64,000 bases of DNA from an uncultured Clostridia bacterium. GTDB taxonomy: Bacteria > Bacillota > Clostridia > Christensenellales > UBA1242. The stretch lies in assembly GCA_944383405.1 (NCBI GenBank), contig CALWPL010000001.1, forward strand, positions 196,004 through 260,003, written 5' to 3'. The notes under the pieces are model-generated. The model was not told the origin of the DNA. It ran no database searches and was given only the letters and a program-made list of their open reading frames with translations. The position numbers were made by a program, and so were the translations under genes. Below, one piece after another: positions 1 through 12,700 of this stretch. How positions within the stretch are numbered: the stretch's first letter is position 1; each line of letters begins with the position of its first letter.

Positions 1-342
1 AATGGCGGTAAAATATATTCAAATGTGGGGCGTGCTTCTGGGGGTGGAGTATATGTAGATAATGGTGGACAGTTAATTATAGGCGGTTGTATTATTGAGA
101 AAAACTACTCCTTTAATGGCACAAATGGTATAGGTTATGACGAAACTGGAAGTATTATTGTTGATACGGCTGGATTTAGTCTAGTTGGAGAAGGATTAAA
201 CTTAATAGAAAGTAAAAATTTAGATGTTTCTATAAATAACGAAAATAATATTTTTAATTATATTTTACCTATTCTTGTTGTTGTAAGTTTTATGTTGTTT
301 TTTATGTGTATTATAGTTAACAAAAGACAAAGAAAAAGATAA
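1..342 (+). CDS. C-terminal end of a beta-helix (polymorphic-membrane-protein-repeat-like) surface protein; 5' part lies outside the window; C-terminal TM anchor
   Basis: Frame 1 is open from base 1 (NGGKIYSNVGRASGGGVYVDNGGQLIIGGCIIEKN...), so the ORF-track GTG at 25 is internal. The GGxxY coil motifs match those of the next gene. It ends with the hydrophobic helix ILPILVVVSFMLFFMCIIV, then NKRQRKR and TAA at 340-342. Confidence 0.75.
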   Translation, partial: NGGKIYSNVGRASGGGVYVDNGGQLIIGGCIIEKNYSFNGTNGIGYDETGSIIVDTAGFSLVGEGLNLIESKNLDVSINNENNIFNYILPILVVVSFMLFFMCIIVNKRQRKR

Positions 343-348
343 AAAAAT

Positions 349-375
349 AAGGCACAATTAGTGCCTTGTTTTTTT
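349..375 (+). terminator. Rho-independent terminator
   Basis: AAGGCAC-AATTA-GTGCCTT hairpin (349-367) followed by GTTTTTTT (368-375), 7 nt after the stop codon. Confidence 0.8.
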
Positions 376-610
376 AGTGAAAAAAATAATAAAAATTTTT
401 AAGCAGGTACAATTTCTTAGTAGTTTAATAAGCAAATGCAAATACAATAATTATTAGATTAAACGCAATATGTAGAGATTTTTTATTATAAATTATCTTT
501 TAAGATTATTGACGGGAATTTTAACATATAACAGATTTTATATCTTTAAAAATTTAATTAAAAATTATAAAAAATAATAATAAAAAAAATAAAAAAATAT
601 TGCAAATTAT

Positions 611-639
611 TTGGCGAAAAATTACTTATAATATATAAT
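611..639 (+). promoter_or_regulatory. Candidate sigma-A promoter for the giant ORF
   Basis: TTGGCG (611-616), 17-bp spacer, TATAAT (634-639). A better -35 (TTGCAA, 600-605) is 21 bp from the nearest TATAAT (627-632), so the assignment is uncertain. Confidence 0.35.
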
Positions 640-728
640 ATATTCTGTAATCTTATATGCTAGTTGGAGTGTGCCTAGTACTTGGATTACACAAAAGGAA
701 TTTCAAGTTCCTTCAAAGGAGAAAAATC

Positions 729-3700
729 ATGAGAATAAGAAAGGTCAATTTGTTAATTATTCTTTGCATGGCAATCTTTGGTTGCTTTTTTGGCGTTTGT
801 TCAAATTGGCAATCAAGCAAGGGTGTAAAGGCTGAAATGGTAGTGAATTCGACCGAACAGTCGGTTTTGGCAGAAATGTCCACAAACCGTGTATATGTAA
901 GTAATGGAGCAACAAATACAAACAATGGTCTTTCTGCTTCAACTCCTGTTGGGACTTTGTCAAGGGCTCTTGAAATTGTAGCAGCAAATGACAGCATTAA
1001 TACAATTGAATTTTTAAATACTATTGTTGTAAGTGGAACTGGTACAAATGGAGTTATAGAAAATAATACTGGTAAAGATGTTTATTTTGTGCTTTCACAA
1101 AACTATGTTGGGAATACGACATATCATAGTGCTATGATTGGTGTTGGGGAAAGTTCGGGAAGCGTTGTGCTTCATGGAGATGATGAAAGTACAGATACTA
1201 CTGAAAGATTTATTTTTGATGGCGAAAAAGATAAGAATAAAACTATATCTATGCAAGTTATTGGAATAGATATAACGAAAAATGCGCTTGTATCACTTGA
1301 TATTGATAGTGTTGTTTTTCAAAATTTTAGTAACCAAAGAGATTCGCAAGGTTTTATTTATACATATGGTGGTGTTACTGCAAATAATATTGAAATATTA
1401 AATAATGAAACTTCGCTTTTTTGTAATTATGCAGCAAATGGTTTTACATTTACAAATTTAGATAATAACGCCAATAACGCTAAAACTGAAAATGTTAAGT
1501 TATCAAATATTAGAATAAGTGGTAATATTGGGGGTAAAGTTTTAGATTTAAGAAATATAAAGAGAGTTGACTTAGAAAAAGTTGTCGTTGAAGACAATGA
1601 TTTTTCTTTGCAAAGTTTGGGGCTAAATTTTGAAAGAATAGGAGATAGTGCTACGGGAAATGATGGGCTTTATATAAATGGATTTACAGCCAGTGGTAAT
1701 AGTATGTCTTATTCTTCAGCCGCTTCTTTGTTTAGGGCTGTATCAACTATGAAAACAGATGCGGTTGATGTTAAGTATTATGATAATGAGATTGAAAACA
1801 AGTCGTCATTATTCTATCTTATATCGCAGATTATAGAAGTAGAGAATTTTGATTTTGTAGATAACTTTGGCGCAGGCATGGCATTTAATTTCACTAAATA
1901 TGGGGAAATAAATAATAGTAATGTTGACGCAACGCTAAAAAATGTTAATTTTGAAAATAATATTGTTACTGGAAACATCGTGCAAATTAATTCGTTTAAC
2001 AATTTATCTATTGAAAACTTAAATGTTACAGGGACTAAAACTGGAGAATCAGTAGCGCCTAATGTAATTTATGCGGCAAATAATGGAATAATAAAAATTT
2101 CTTCGTCAACTTTTGAGAATTTAAATGTTACTACTTCTATTATTTATTTTGGGAACTCTGAAAAAAATTTCCATTCACAAATAACTATTGAAGGTTGTAA
2201 ACTTTTAAATTGTACTAATGGTAGAGGAATTTACATTGCAACTGGGGGTACAAACAACCCAGAAAACGAAAGATATTATGATATGACTATTACTAATTCA
2301 GAATTTGCATATTTTACGGATAAAGATGGAAGAAAAGTATTTGATATAAGGGCGATTAGAAATTTTAGCATGACTGGGAGCAAGGTGCATGACAATGCAG
2401 GTACTTTAGACTTGCTTTTTAATACAGATATTGAAGATGAAAAGACTGCTAGTTTTACAGATTGTGAGTTTTATAATAATAAAGGTAGAGTACTTATTTC
2501 AGGTTCGCAAACTCCACTGATTGACGCAAAAGAAAGCGTTATTATGACAAATGTTGAGATTTATAACAACTCGGTACAAGATGATGTTTTTTATGTTGTA
2601 TATGTAGAAGATGTTACTTTTGATGATTGTAAAATATATAATAATGAGTCTCTTGGTCGAATTATAGATGTGAATGTTGCTAATGATGTAAAGGTGATAA
2701 ATAGTGATTTTTATAGTAACAGAATAACTGTAGCGAATGGAAATTATAACTTTGGTGGGGCTTTATATGTTAGAAGATGTAATGCATATGTTGAAAATTG
2801 TGATTTTACTCAAAATAAGATGCTTGGCACAAGCATTACTGGGGCGGGTTTAGCGGCAGTTGACTGTTCACTAGATTTAATAGATTGTGATTTTAGAGGT
2901 AATAATAATGAAAATGGAAGTGGTGGTGGAGTTGGTGTTACTTATACCGCTGAACTTGTAGACTTATTAGAAAAATTAGACAAAGAAATTAATATTAAAG
3001 GGTGTATATTTAATGACAATTTTGCACAAAATGGTGGTGGATTATATCTTTACAAGGGTGGTTCTTTAGGTGAAGAGCAGGGTGTTATTAAACTAAACAT
3101 AGGTTCAAGCGAAAATAGAAGAACTGAGTTTATAGAGAACGCTAGCAGAAATGATGGTGGGGCAATGACTGCAACTGTAGCAGGCGGAGAGTCATATCAA
3201 GTAAATTTATGCATAGAGATTGAAGGAGTATTATTTAATAGCAATGTATCAACAAATGGTGGTGGGGGTAGCGCATATCTTAGAGTGCATGAAGGGAAAA
3301 GCATTACAGTTAATAATTGTCAATTTATTGGGAATAAAGCACAGACATATGCTGCGGATATAATTTTTTATACACATTCAAAAAATGAAATTAATATAAC
3401 AAATTCAAGTTTTGAAGGTGGAACTACTGGCCCTAATGGATTTGCTTCAGTTTATTTTAATAATAGTTCCCAAGAACGAGAGCAAGGAAGTGTTGTTGTT
3501 GATAATTGTACTTTTAGAAATATGAAATCTACAGCAGTAGATAATTCTACTTTTAGGCCAAGTGGAATTTATGGGGCAAGGTTAAGTAGCGCAAAAATTT
3601 CAAATTCTACTTTTGATGGCTTATCAGGGGTAAATTGTGCTGCAGTTTATTTGACTTATACAAATGTTGAAATAGAACAAGTAAATTTTGTTAACAATGA

Positions 3701-6700
3701 GGTAATAGCAGGAGTTGGTGGTGCGGCAGTAATTGCTATAGAAAACTCCAATTTAAAAATTAAAGATGTAGATTTTACCAATAATATTGGTAGTGGTAGG
3801 ATTTTTAGATATAGTTTAAGTTCAAGTTCTGCTAGTGGGGAATATCAATTAGAATATATAGGCGGAAATATAACTGGAAATAAAATTATTGAAACAAGAA
3901 ACAAAGATTGTCGGGAATTAATTTCAATTTATAAATCTTCAGTAGATGCTAACTTGGCTATAAAATTACAAGATTTAAATATTTCAGGGAATGAGATTGA
4001 AATAGCCTCAGACTCTGAAATTAGCGGTGGTGGAGTCCTAATGGTGCAAGATGCGGCTAATAATGGAAATAGTATTTTAGAAATGGACAATTGTGTGGTA
4101 AGCAGAAACATAGTTAAGCAAGATAAAGTTATTTATGGCTTATTTGCTCAAATAACAGGTGTTGGAGAAACTTATATAAAAGACAGCACAATTGAGCAAA
4201 ACGCTTGTGAAGGTGGCAGTGTTTATATAGTTCTTAGGCTTTACAATCCATATACAACTTATTCTTCTCAGGTTTATTTAAATAATGTAAGTTTTAGAGG
4301 AAATAATATAACTGACGGAGATGGTGGGGTTGTTCAACTTCTTGGAAAAGTAAGAATGAATATGGAAAATGGCAGTTTTGAAGGGACAAAGACAAGAAAT
4401 CGTCTTATAATAGCCAATGATGAAAATTCTAGTTATGTACTTGATGGGGTTAAATTTATAAATAATTCTATTGAAAATAGGACAGGCAATGATAATGCTG
4501 GGTTAATTTTAATTGACAAAATAGACAACACTATTAGAAATTGTATTTTTGAGAACAACACAGCAAATGGGTATAATAGTGCAGGCATTTATTTTGAAGG
4601 GAGTAATTATAGTTATACACTTGAAGGGTGTAAGTTTATAAACAATAGTAGCAAAGAAGGAAGCGCAATTTATGTAAACAATGGCACAAGTAGTTCAAAC
4701 ATTCAATTAACATTTGTTGATTGTGTTTTTAATGGGAACAAAGCAGCAGGAGATGGTGGTGCTGTTAGGACTTTTGACAGGACAGAATTTATAAATTGTA
4801 AATTTTATCAAAATCAGGCACAGGGCAATGGTGGAGCGATAAGGGCGATAAACTTGATTCTAAGCGGTTGTGCATTTGATGGAAATATTGCAAGTGGGAA
4901 TGGTGGAGCGATTTATTTAAGTGGAATGACAGCAATCTCAAATAATGGGGCGTTTTTACTTATAGATAGAGATAGCGAATACAAGACGAGTTTTAAAAAT
5001 AACATATCTAGTGGGAATGGTGGAGCAATATATATTTATGAGGAGTCAACAGTTGCGGTTTATGGGAGTGAATTTGCATTAAATAGTGCTGGTAATGGAG
5101 AAATGGGCGGCGCTATATATAATCTTGGGACTCTTATTATAAATGGCGGAATATTTAATGAAAATGGTGCAGAAAGTGTTCTTGGTGGTGCGATTGCAAA
5201 TGAGGGAGATTTAACCATTAGCGGAGTTGAGGCAAGTGGAAATATTTCTCTTAGCGGTGGATTTTTATACAATAATATTTCGACACAAATTGTTATTCAA
5301 GATAGTGTTTTAAGTGATAACAGTGCAGTAGGAAGCAGTAGCGATAATAGTGGGAATGGTGGTGCTATATCTATAATTCTTGGAGAATTGCAGATAGAAA
5401 ATGTTGAGATGACAGATAACACTGCAAGGGACTATGGTGGAGCGTTATATTTAGCGAGTGGAAGAAATAACAACTTATTACTTATTGACTGTAATATAGA
5501 TTTAAACACAAGTGCATATGGCGGTGGTGTTTCAATTGGTGGAAATGGTAGTAGTAATTCAACTCAAACTATATTTATTGAAAATGTTTCATTTGACCAA
5601 AATGTTTCAAATGGGGCACTTTATGTAAGTAGTGGCAATGCTCAAATAATGGACATGAGCATAACAAACACTACTGGTTATGGAATGTATGTTGCAAGTG
5701 GTTCGGTTGAAATTTCAAGGGAAATCATCATTAGCAATAACACTTATAATGATGGAAATTCCAATCTTTATCTTATAGGCGAAAGTGGAATAACGATTTC
5801 ATCTCCACTTATTGGGCAGTCAAGCATTGGGGTAAGTGTAGAAAATGCAAGTGAAAGAGCGATTATAGAGAGCAATGGAAATTATATAATAAAGAGCAGT
5901 GATTTTGAAAAATTTTCAAGTGATAGGCAAGGACAAGCAATATATTTTAGAGTTGTTGATGAATTAGACGGCACTCAAAATGCAATTTTTGTTAAAGATG
6001 TTAGTGCAAATAGTGGAATAGTTTATGTAGTATCTGATTTTTACGGCGAAAATGGCGATTTAGGTGTACTTGAGAGAGCAACGATTAGAGTAGAAGTATT
6101 TTATCCAAGTGATAGCAGCGTTAGTTATTCTCTTACAGGTGGAGATGATTATACGAGTAGTCCAATAGTTGCTACAAGTGCAGGAGTTACAACTATTTAT
6201 TATAGGATTGAGACAGGTTCAGGGAGTGCTACTCAAACTGTAAACGGAAGCGGAAAAGTTGTTATTACAGAAACAAATTCACTTTATGTTTATACGCTAC
6301 CAAATGTAGAGAATGTTTATATTAATACTCCACTTAGCAATGCAGAAATTAATGGCGGAATTGCTATGTATAATGGGGTTAGGATTGCAGGTAATTTTAG
6401 TTTTGTTAATGGAGATTATGAGCCAAGCACTGCTGGTAAGCAAATTTTTGAAATGGTATTTACGCCAAAGAACACAGAAGTTTATGCGCCAGTGCAGTTT
6501 GAAATGCTTGTAGATGTTATAGGATACAATGTACTTTATTTTAAAGAATTTGTCTCATCTGGAAGTATGACAAATAATTTCTATTTAACAGAAGAAGATG
6601 CTAACAACGCAGTAAATGCAGTTGCTAGTTTATCTGCGTCATCAAGGACAGGATTTAGCGATATAATTAACATAATGACCGATGGTGGTGTTATTTACAT

Positions 6701-9700
6701 GATGAGTGGGCTTTCAAGTGGGGCGGACATATATGTTAATGATAGTAAGACGATAACACTTAGAAGGTATAGCAATTTTAGTGCACCTATGTTTTCTGCT
6801 TATGACAACACGACCATAATTTTTGGTTCATCTAACATGAGTGGAAATTTAATTTTGGATGGAAATAATATTGAAAGTGATTATCCTATTATTGAATATA
6901 GAAGGGGTATGACAGGCAGTGCGACTCAAATTATTTATGATGGGGTAAGTGTTGTAAACCACATAGGTCTTAATGTTCCAGCGATTGGGGTTGTAGGAAA
7001 TGTATCTCTTGTAATTTATAATTTAAATGCTGAAAATTGTCATTACATAGATGAGTCTGAAACATCAGGCGAAAGTTATAATGTTCCTGCAAATTTAACA
7101 ACTGGTGGCAATATAAAATATAGTGGTGGTGGTGTTTTAAGTACGAGAAATGGGGAAAGCAGTAGTGTCGGAGAGGTTGTCCCAACAATCAATATTTATA
7201 ATATGGTGGCAAACAATTGTAGTTCAGAGACTTATGGAGGTGTTATAAGTTTTTCATCAGATGGGTCAAGAAATCCAAGTTCGCTTATTGTTATTACAAA
7301 TATGGAAATTAGTAATTCCAGTGCTGAGTATGGTGGTGGTATTGCAACAACTATTTTTAATAACTTGACAATTTATAATATGACTTTAAGTAGCAATAGT
7401 GCAACAAATGGTGGTGGTATTTACTTAACAGATATGGAAAGTATTTATCAGGCTACAATAGAAGGAAATTCGGCTACTTATGGTGGCGGTATGTATCTTG
7501 CTGGCAGGGGGTTTAGTGCTAGTGTAGTTGGTCAAAATTCAGAGAATTTGATAAAAATTATCAACAATGAAGCGACAATTAATGGTGGTGGTATTTTTGC
7601 CCTAAATCCTTTTGCTATGAGTTATGCCATGATTAGTGGAAATACAATTAGGTCGACATCTGATAGTTCAAAACTTGTGTATGGGGCTGGTATTTCTGGT
7701 GCGGGAATATTTGTTGACGAACTTTCATCGTCAAGTGATGCTTTATTAATTAACAATTCAACAATAAGTTCTAATACTATTATAAGTTCTGATACCACAT
7801 ATTCTGTTTATGGAGCAGGTATATATTCAAAGAGAGTTAATTTAAATCAAGTTGAAATATTTAATAATGGAATTATACTTTCAACAAGTCAAGAACTTAT
7901 GAATTCCATGTTTCTTATGGGTGCTGGGTTATGTTTATACTCAATAGCAGGAGAGTCAGTTATTACAAATTCTAACATCCATAATAATTTTATAATGTCT
8001 CACAACGGGAAGTCATTTAGTGGTGGGGCTGGGATTGCGTTAATTGGAAGTGTTAATAGTGTAAGCGGACCTCAAAATGTTAATTTGACTAATTCAGAAG
8101 TTATGAACAATTATATTAGTTCAGTAGAATACAGTTCTGATACGGCTGAGAATTTTGACAATAGTTTATACGACCAAATTTTAATTCAATTTGCCTATAA
8201 TACTATGGGAGTTTCTGATAATGTTTATTTAAATATAAATGGTTCAGTAGTATCTTCTTCGTCAACAGAACCTGGCATAGGCAGTATTGGGTTTAATAAT
8301 TTAAGTTTTATTGATACGATTAAATCAATAAGCAGTATCTTTATTACAGGTGAAAGTTATATACTGGCACCAATTGAAGTTAATATGACAAATAGTTATA
8401 ATGCGACAAGTCCAATAACCATTCTTGAAGGATTAAGCGAAGAATCAATTATAAATATTTACTTATCTGGAACAAGTGTCGTTTTATATTCACAAGGAGA
8501 GACGAGTGTTCCTTCCACTATCATAAAATATGAAGAAGAATATTTAACGACTATTAGAAATGAAGTTGAAGCAGGTCTTGAGAGTGATTCTGGCGAAGAA
8601 GCATTGCAAGAAGATATAGATGCTGGGGTAATTGAAATATTGAATGGGGTATTTCAGGATGTTTTCATTTTAACAGATGGGACAGGTCAAAACAGGAGGA
8701 TAACATTAACTCCTTATACCAATTCTACAATTGATCAATTAGTAAATAGATATACTCTTGTTCCTACCTTATATGGAAGTCAGCCGCTTGCAGTTGTTTA
8801 TTGGAATCCACAGGCAACAAGTAGTGGCAATGGGAATAGTGAACAAACGGCAGTTAGAACGCTTGATGAAGCATTAAGTCGTGTTCAGAAAGGCGGAGAA
8901 ATTAGATTAGTAAACACATGGATAATAGAAGAAGACACGGTTGCTACGGCAAGTGATGCTGTTATTAGTAGATATAATGCATCGGCAAATATAATTGTTA
9001 GAAATGGGGCGACTCTTGAATTGTCAAATATTATATTTGATGGTAATTCAGATGAATTTGAAAATTCAATGATTGTAGTTGAAAAAGGTGGAGAACTTAT
9101 TTTGAGTGATGGAGTTGTTATAAGAAATAATACTTTATCAGTTCAAAATATTGGAACAAATGAAAGCGGAAGCGTAATTCATAATGAAGGTAGAGTAACT
9201 ATAAATGGTGGTAGTTATTATTCTAACTCTGTTCTTGGATATGTTGACCAAGGTGGATTTATGTATTCATCAGGAGAGGTTTATATAAATGGTGGCATTT
9301 TCCATTCGAACTTTGCAAGGTATGGTGGTGCTATATATGTTGATGGTGGTGTTGTTGAAATAAGCAATGGAACATTTGCAAATAATAGTGCAGTTACAAG
9401 TAATGCTATAAATGATATAGGGCTTGCAGGTGGGGCAATTTATGTAACAAAAGATGCAAGACTTGTTATTTCTGATGGTGTATTTTCTGGGAACAATTCT
9501 GTTTATGGTGGGGCTATTTACTCTAAGGGAGAAGTCGAAATTAGTGGTGGAAGATTTATTAATAATATAGCAGTTGATGCTCTTCTTCCATCTACAAGTC
9601 AAGGAAGTCTTAATTCTGTTTATGTGGGTGGCGAAGGTGGAGCAATCTTCGTTTCTGATGGGACAATAAATATAACAGGGGGTGCTTTTTATAGTAATGA

Positions 9701-12700
9701 AGCAACTCTTGGTGGAGCGGTTGTAGTTGGTGGGAACATTTTACCTGAAAATGTATCTAATAATAACAGGATTAGCGCAAGTATTACAGGGAATGTACTT
9801 ATTATTGATAATTATGCAAGGGCGTTTGATGTTACGACTAGTGTATATGCAACACAATCTCAAATCAGTGCATCTGCAACAGTAGCGGCAGATATGATTA
9901 ATGATAACCATTCTTACGAGAATGGTGGTGGAAGAGGCGGTGCTATATTTATTAGTGCATTTTCAAAACTTGAAATAAAAAATGGTAATATAGGCAGTAA
10001 TAAGGCGGCGAGATCAGGTGGTGCGATTTACGCTGATGGTGGTGTTTTACTCATTAGTGGTGGTGCTATATTTGACAATATGGCTGGTTTTTATTCTACT
10101 CAAAGTGCAGATGTTGCTGTTACACAAGTTTCAAGTATGGGTGGAGCAATATACTACAATGGTAAAATTGTTGAAGGATATGGTTCGTTTGGAGAGGCAA
10201 ACAAGGGAGATATTTTAGATAATACTGATACTGGTATAAAGGTTAATAGTTTACAAGAAAGCAACTTTATAATCAGTGGTGGGTTAATAGAAGGCAATTT
10301 TGCAAATAATGGTGCAGCCATATTTATTACAGGAACATTAAATCCAACAGCACTTATTATTTCTGGTGGAAAAATAAATGCTAATGGTTCGTATGATAAT
10401 GCAAACAATGTTATGGTAAGTAATGCAAGCGCAAGTACGCTTGGTGGAGCGCTTTATTTATCAGAAAATGCTTTTGTTGAAATAAGAGATGGTGCTTTTA
10501 TTACTAATAACAAGGCAAATGATGGTGGAGCAATTTACACTAACACTGGGAGTCGTCTTTTAGTAAGCGGTGGGGAGATAACTGGAAATTCTGTTGTTGA
10601 CCCATTATCAAATGGTAATTTAGAAGTAAATAGTTCTACAAGTGCAACTGCTATTGCTGTTACAAGTGGAGAAGTCGTTTTATATGGTGGAATAATTTCT
10701 GATAACTATTCAACAGGTGTTGTAGCAGGTGCTGTTGTGGTAGCCGCATCGACAATGGATAGGTTCCTTTTTGTAGGTGGAAGTGTTTATATTTATGACA
10801 ATATAATTAATACGGAAGCCACACTTGAATATGAAAGAAATAGAGCAAGGAATATTTACATTGGTCAAAATGGAATGAATACTGCTTTATTTGAAGTGTT
10901 TGATGAGTTTACGCAAGATGCAAAACTTGGGGTTTATTATCAAAACATGCCAATGTCAACTCAGAAAATTCAAGTGGCTATTGTAAATCAAAATGTTAAG
11001 ACTACAAGCATAAGAGATAACTTTGTTTCGGACAATGAAAATGGAACAATATATATTGATGAAGATTTAAATCAGACGCAAATTTCAGCAAGTGGGGTAA
11101 TAGGTCGTGGTTTGTTTGTTGGCGCTCAATACTTAACTATGAATATGTCGTATACGGCATCAGATTACATAGCAGAATATGATGGAGACGAACATAGTAT
11201 ATATATTGATGTCGTCCCAGACTATATTATTGTCCAATATGCGGTTAGGACTGAAAGAGGGCTAGAATATGATGACATACTTGAAGGGGAGTGGACAAGT
11301 ACAGTTCCTTATATAAGTACTGGCTTATGGTATGTCTATTTTAGGTTTATAGGTCAAAATGGGTTACCTATATTAATTACTGATCAATTAGGAGATCAGG
11401 TTAACTATTGCGATTGCAGAATGATTAATATTGAGGCAAGACAAGCCACTGTTGAGGAACTTCCAACAGTTTCATCAGTTGTCTTGTATAATACTGAGTA
11501 TTCAGAAGACCTTGGGAACATGCCTACACTTACTGGTGGACTAGTTATGGACGGAGATAACATCGTTTATGGTAGTTTTAGATGGGCAGAAGAATATATG
11601 AGATTTGATACAATTGGAACTGTTTCGGCGACGGTTATATTTGAGCCAGATGAACAAAGAAGTCCTATTTATTCTAGTATGTCTCTTACAATTCAGGTTG
11701 ATGTTTTGACAAATACAATGTATTATGACAAGACTAAGACCCAAAGTCCTTTCTATCTTGAAAACGATGTAACGACAAATATTTCTACAATGCAAAGTGC
11801 ATTAACTTATATGAACAATAATGGTACAATATATATTTACAATGGTGGTTATGTGCTTCAAGGGAATGAAACATGGACTGTTGAAGATAGAGCAGTTACA
11901 ATTAAAAAAGGAAATACTTTTGCAGGCGATTTAATCACTCTTGGGAATGAAAGTTTCCAAAGCAGACTTGAAATAAGTGCTTTGAGTACAAAAGGTAGAA
12001 TAACTATTGATGGTGGTGCTGTTTGGATAGATAGCAATGGCAATACTTCTGACCCTTATAGAATTGACCTTAGGACAGGCAGTAGTTATCAATCGCCAAA
12101 TGGAATACAATCAACTGGTTCTTTAATTAATGTTCTTGAAGGCTCGAACTTGGTATTAGAAGGAAATGTTGTTTTAACAAATAATGAAAATAATACAGGA
12201 ACTGATACGGCGTCTTATGGTGGGGCGATTATATCTTATGGAGAAGTTACTATTGGTCCTAATGTAAGTATAACAAGGAACATGGCAACAAATGGTGGTG
12301 GGATTGCTATTATGTCGGGAAGGCTTACAATGGGGCTTTCCGATGATGGTTCTTCTTCTGGAAAAGTTTCACTAACTGCAAATTCAACTCTTCTTTCAGG
12401 TAATGGTGGTGCAATTTATATTGCTTCTCCAAATCTTGAAGATGGGCTTTCAGACCAAGTTTCAATTATTGCTGCTACAATTCAAACAAATAAGGCATAC
12501 TCAAATGGTGGGGCTATTTATATAGGTGCAAATGTTGACTTTGAGATTTCAACAAGTGAAAATCAAGGGGTTTTAATATCAAGTAATACAACTTATGGAG
12601 ATGGTACAATCTATTCATATAGTTTGGTAAAAGTTAATAGCGTTAATATTGAAAACAACACTGTTACTGGCGAAGGAAGTGTTATGTATTTAGATAATAA

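Noticed and set aside
657-728. The ORF-track N-terminal extension of the giant ORF (MLVGVCLVLGLHKRNFKFLQRRKI).
   Set aside because: There is no SD before 657. A strong AAGGAG sits 7 nt before the in-frame ATG at 729, which begins a typical basic-then-hydrophobic signal sequence. The extension is most likely 5' UTR.
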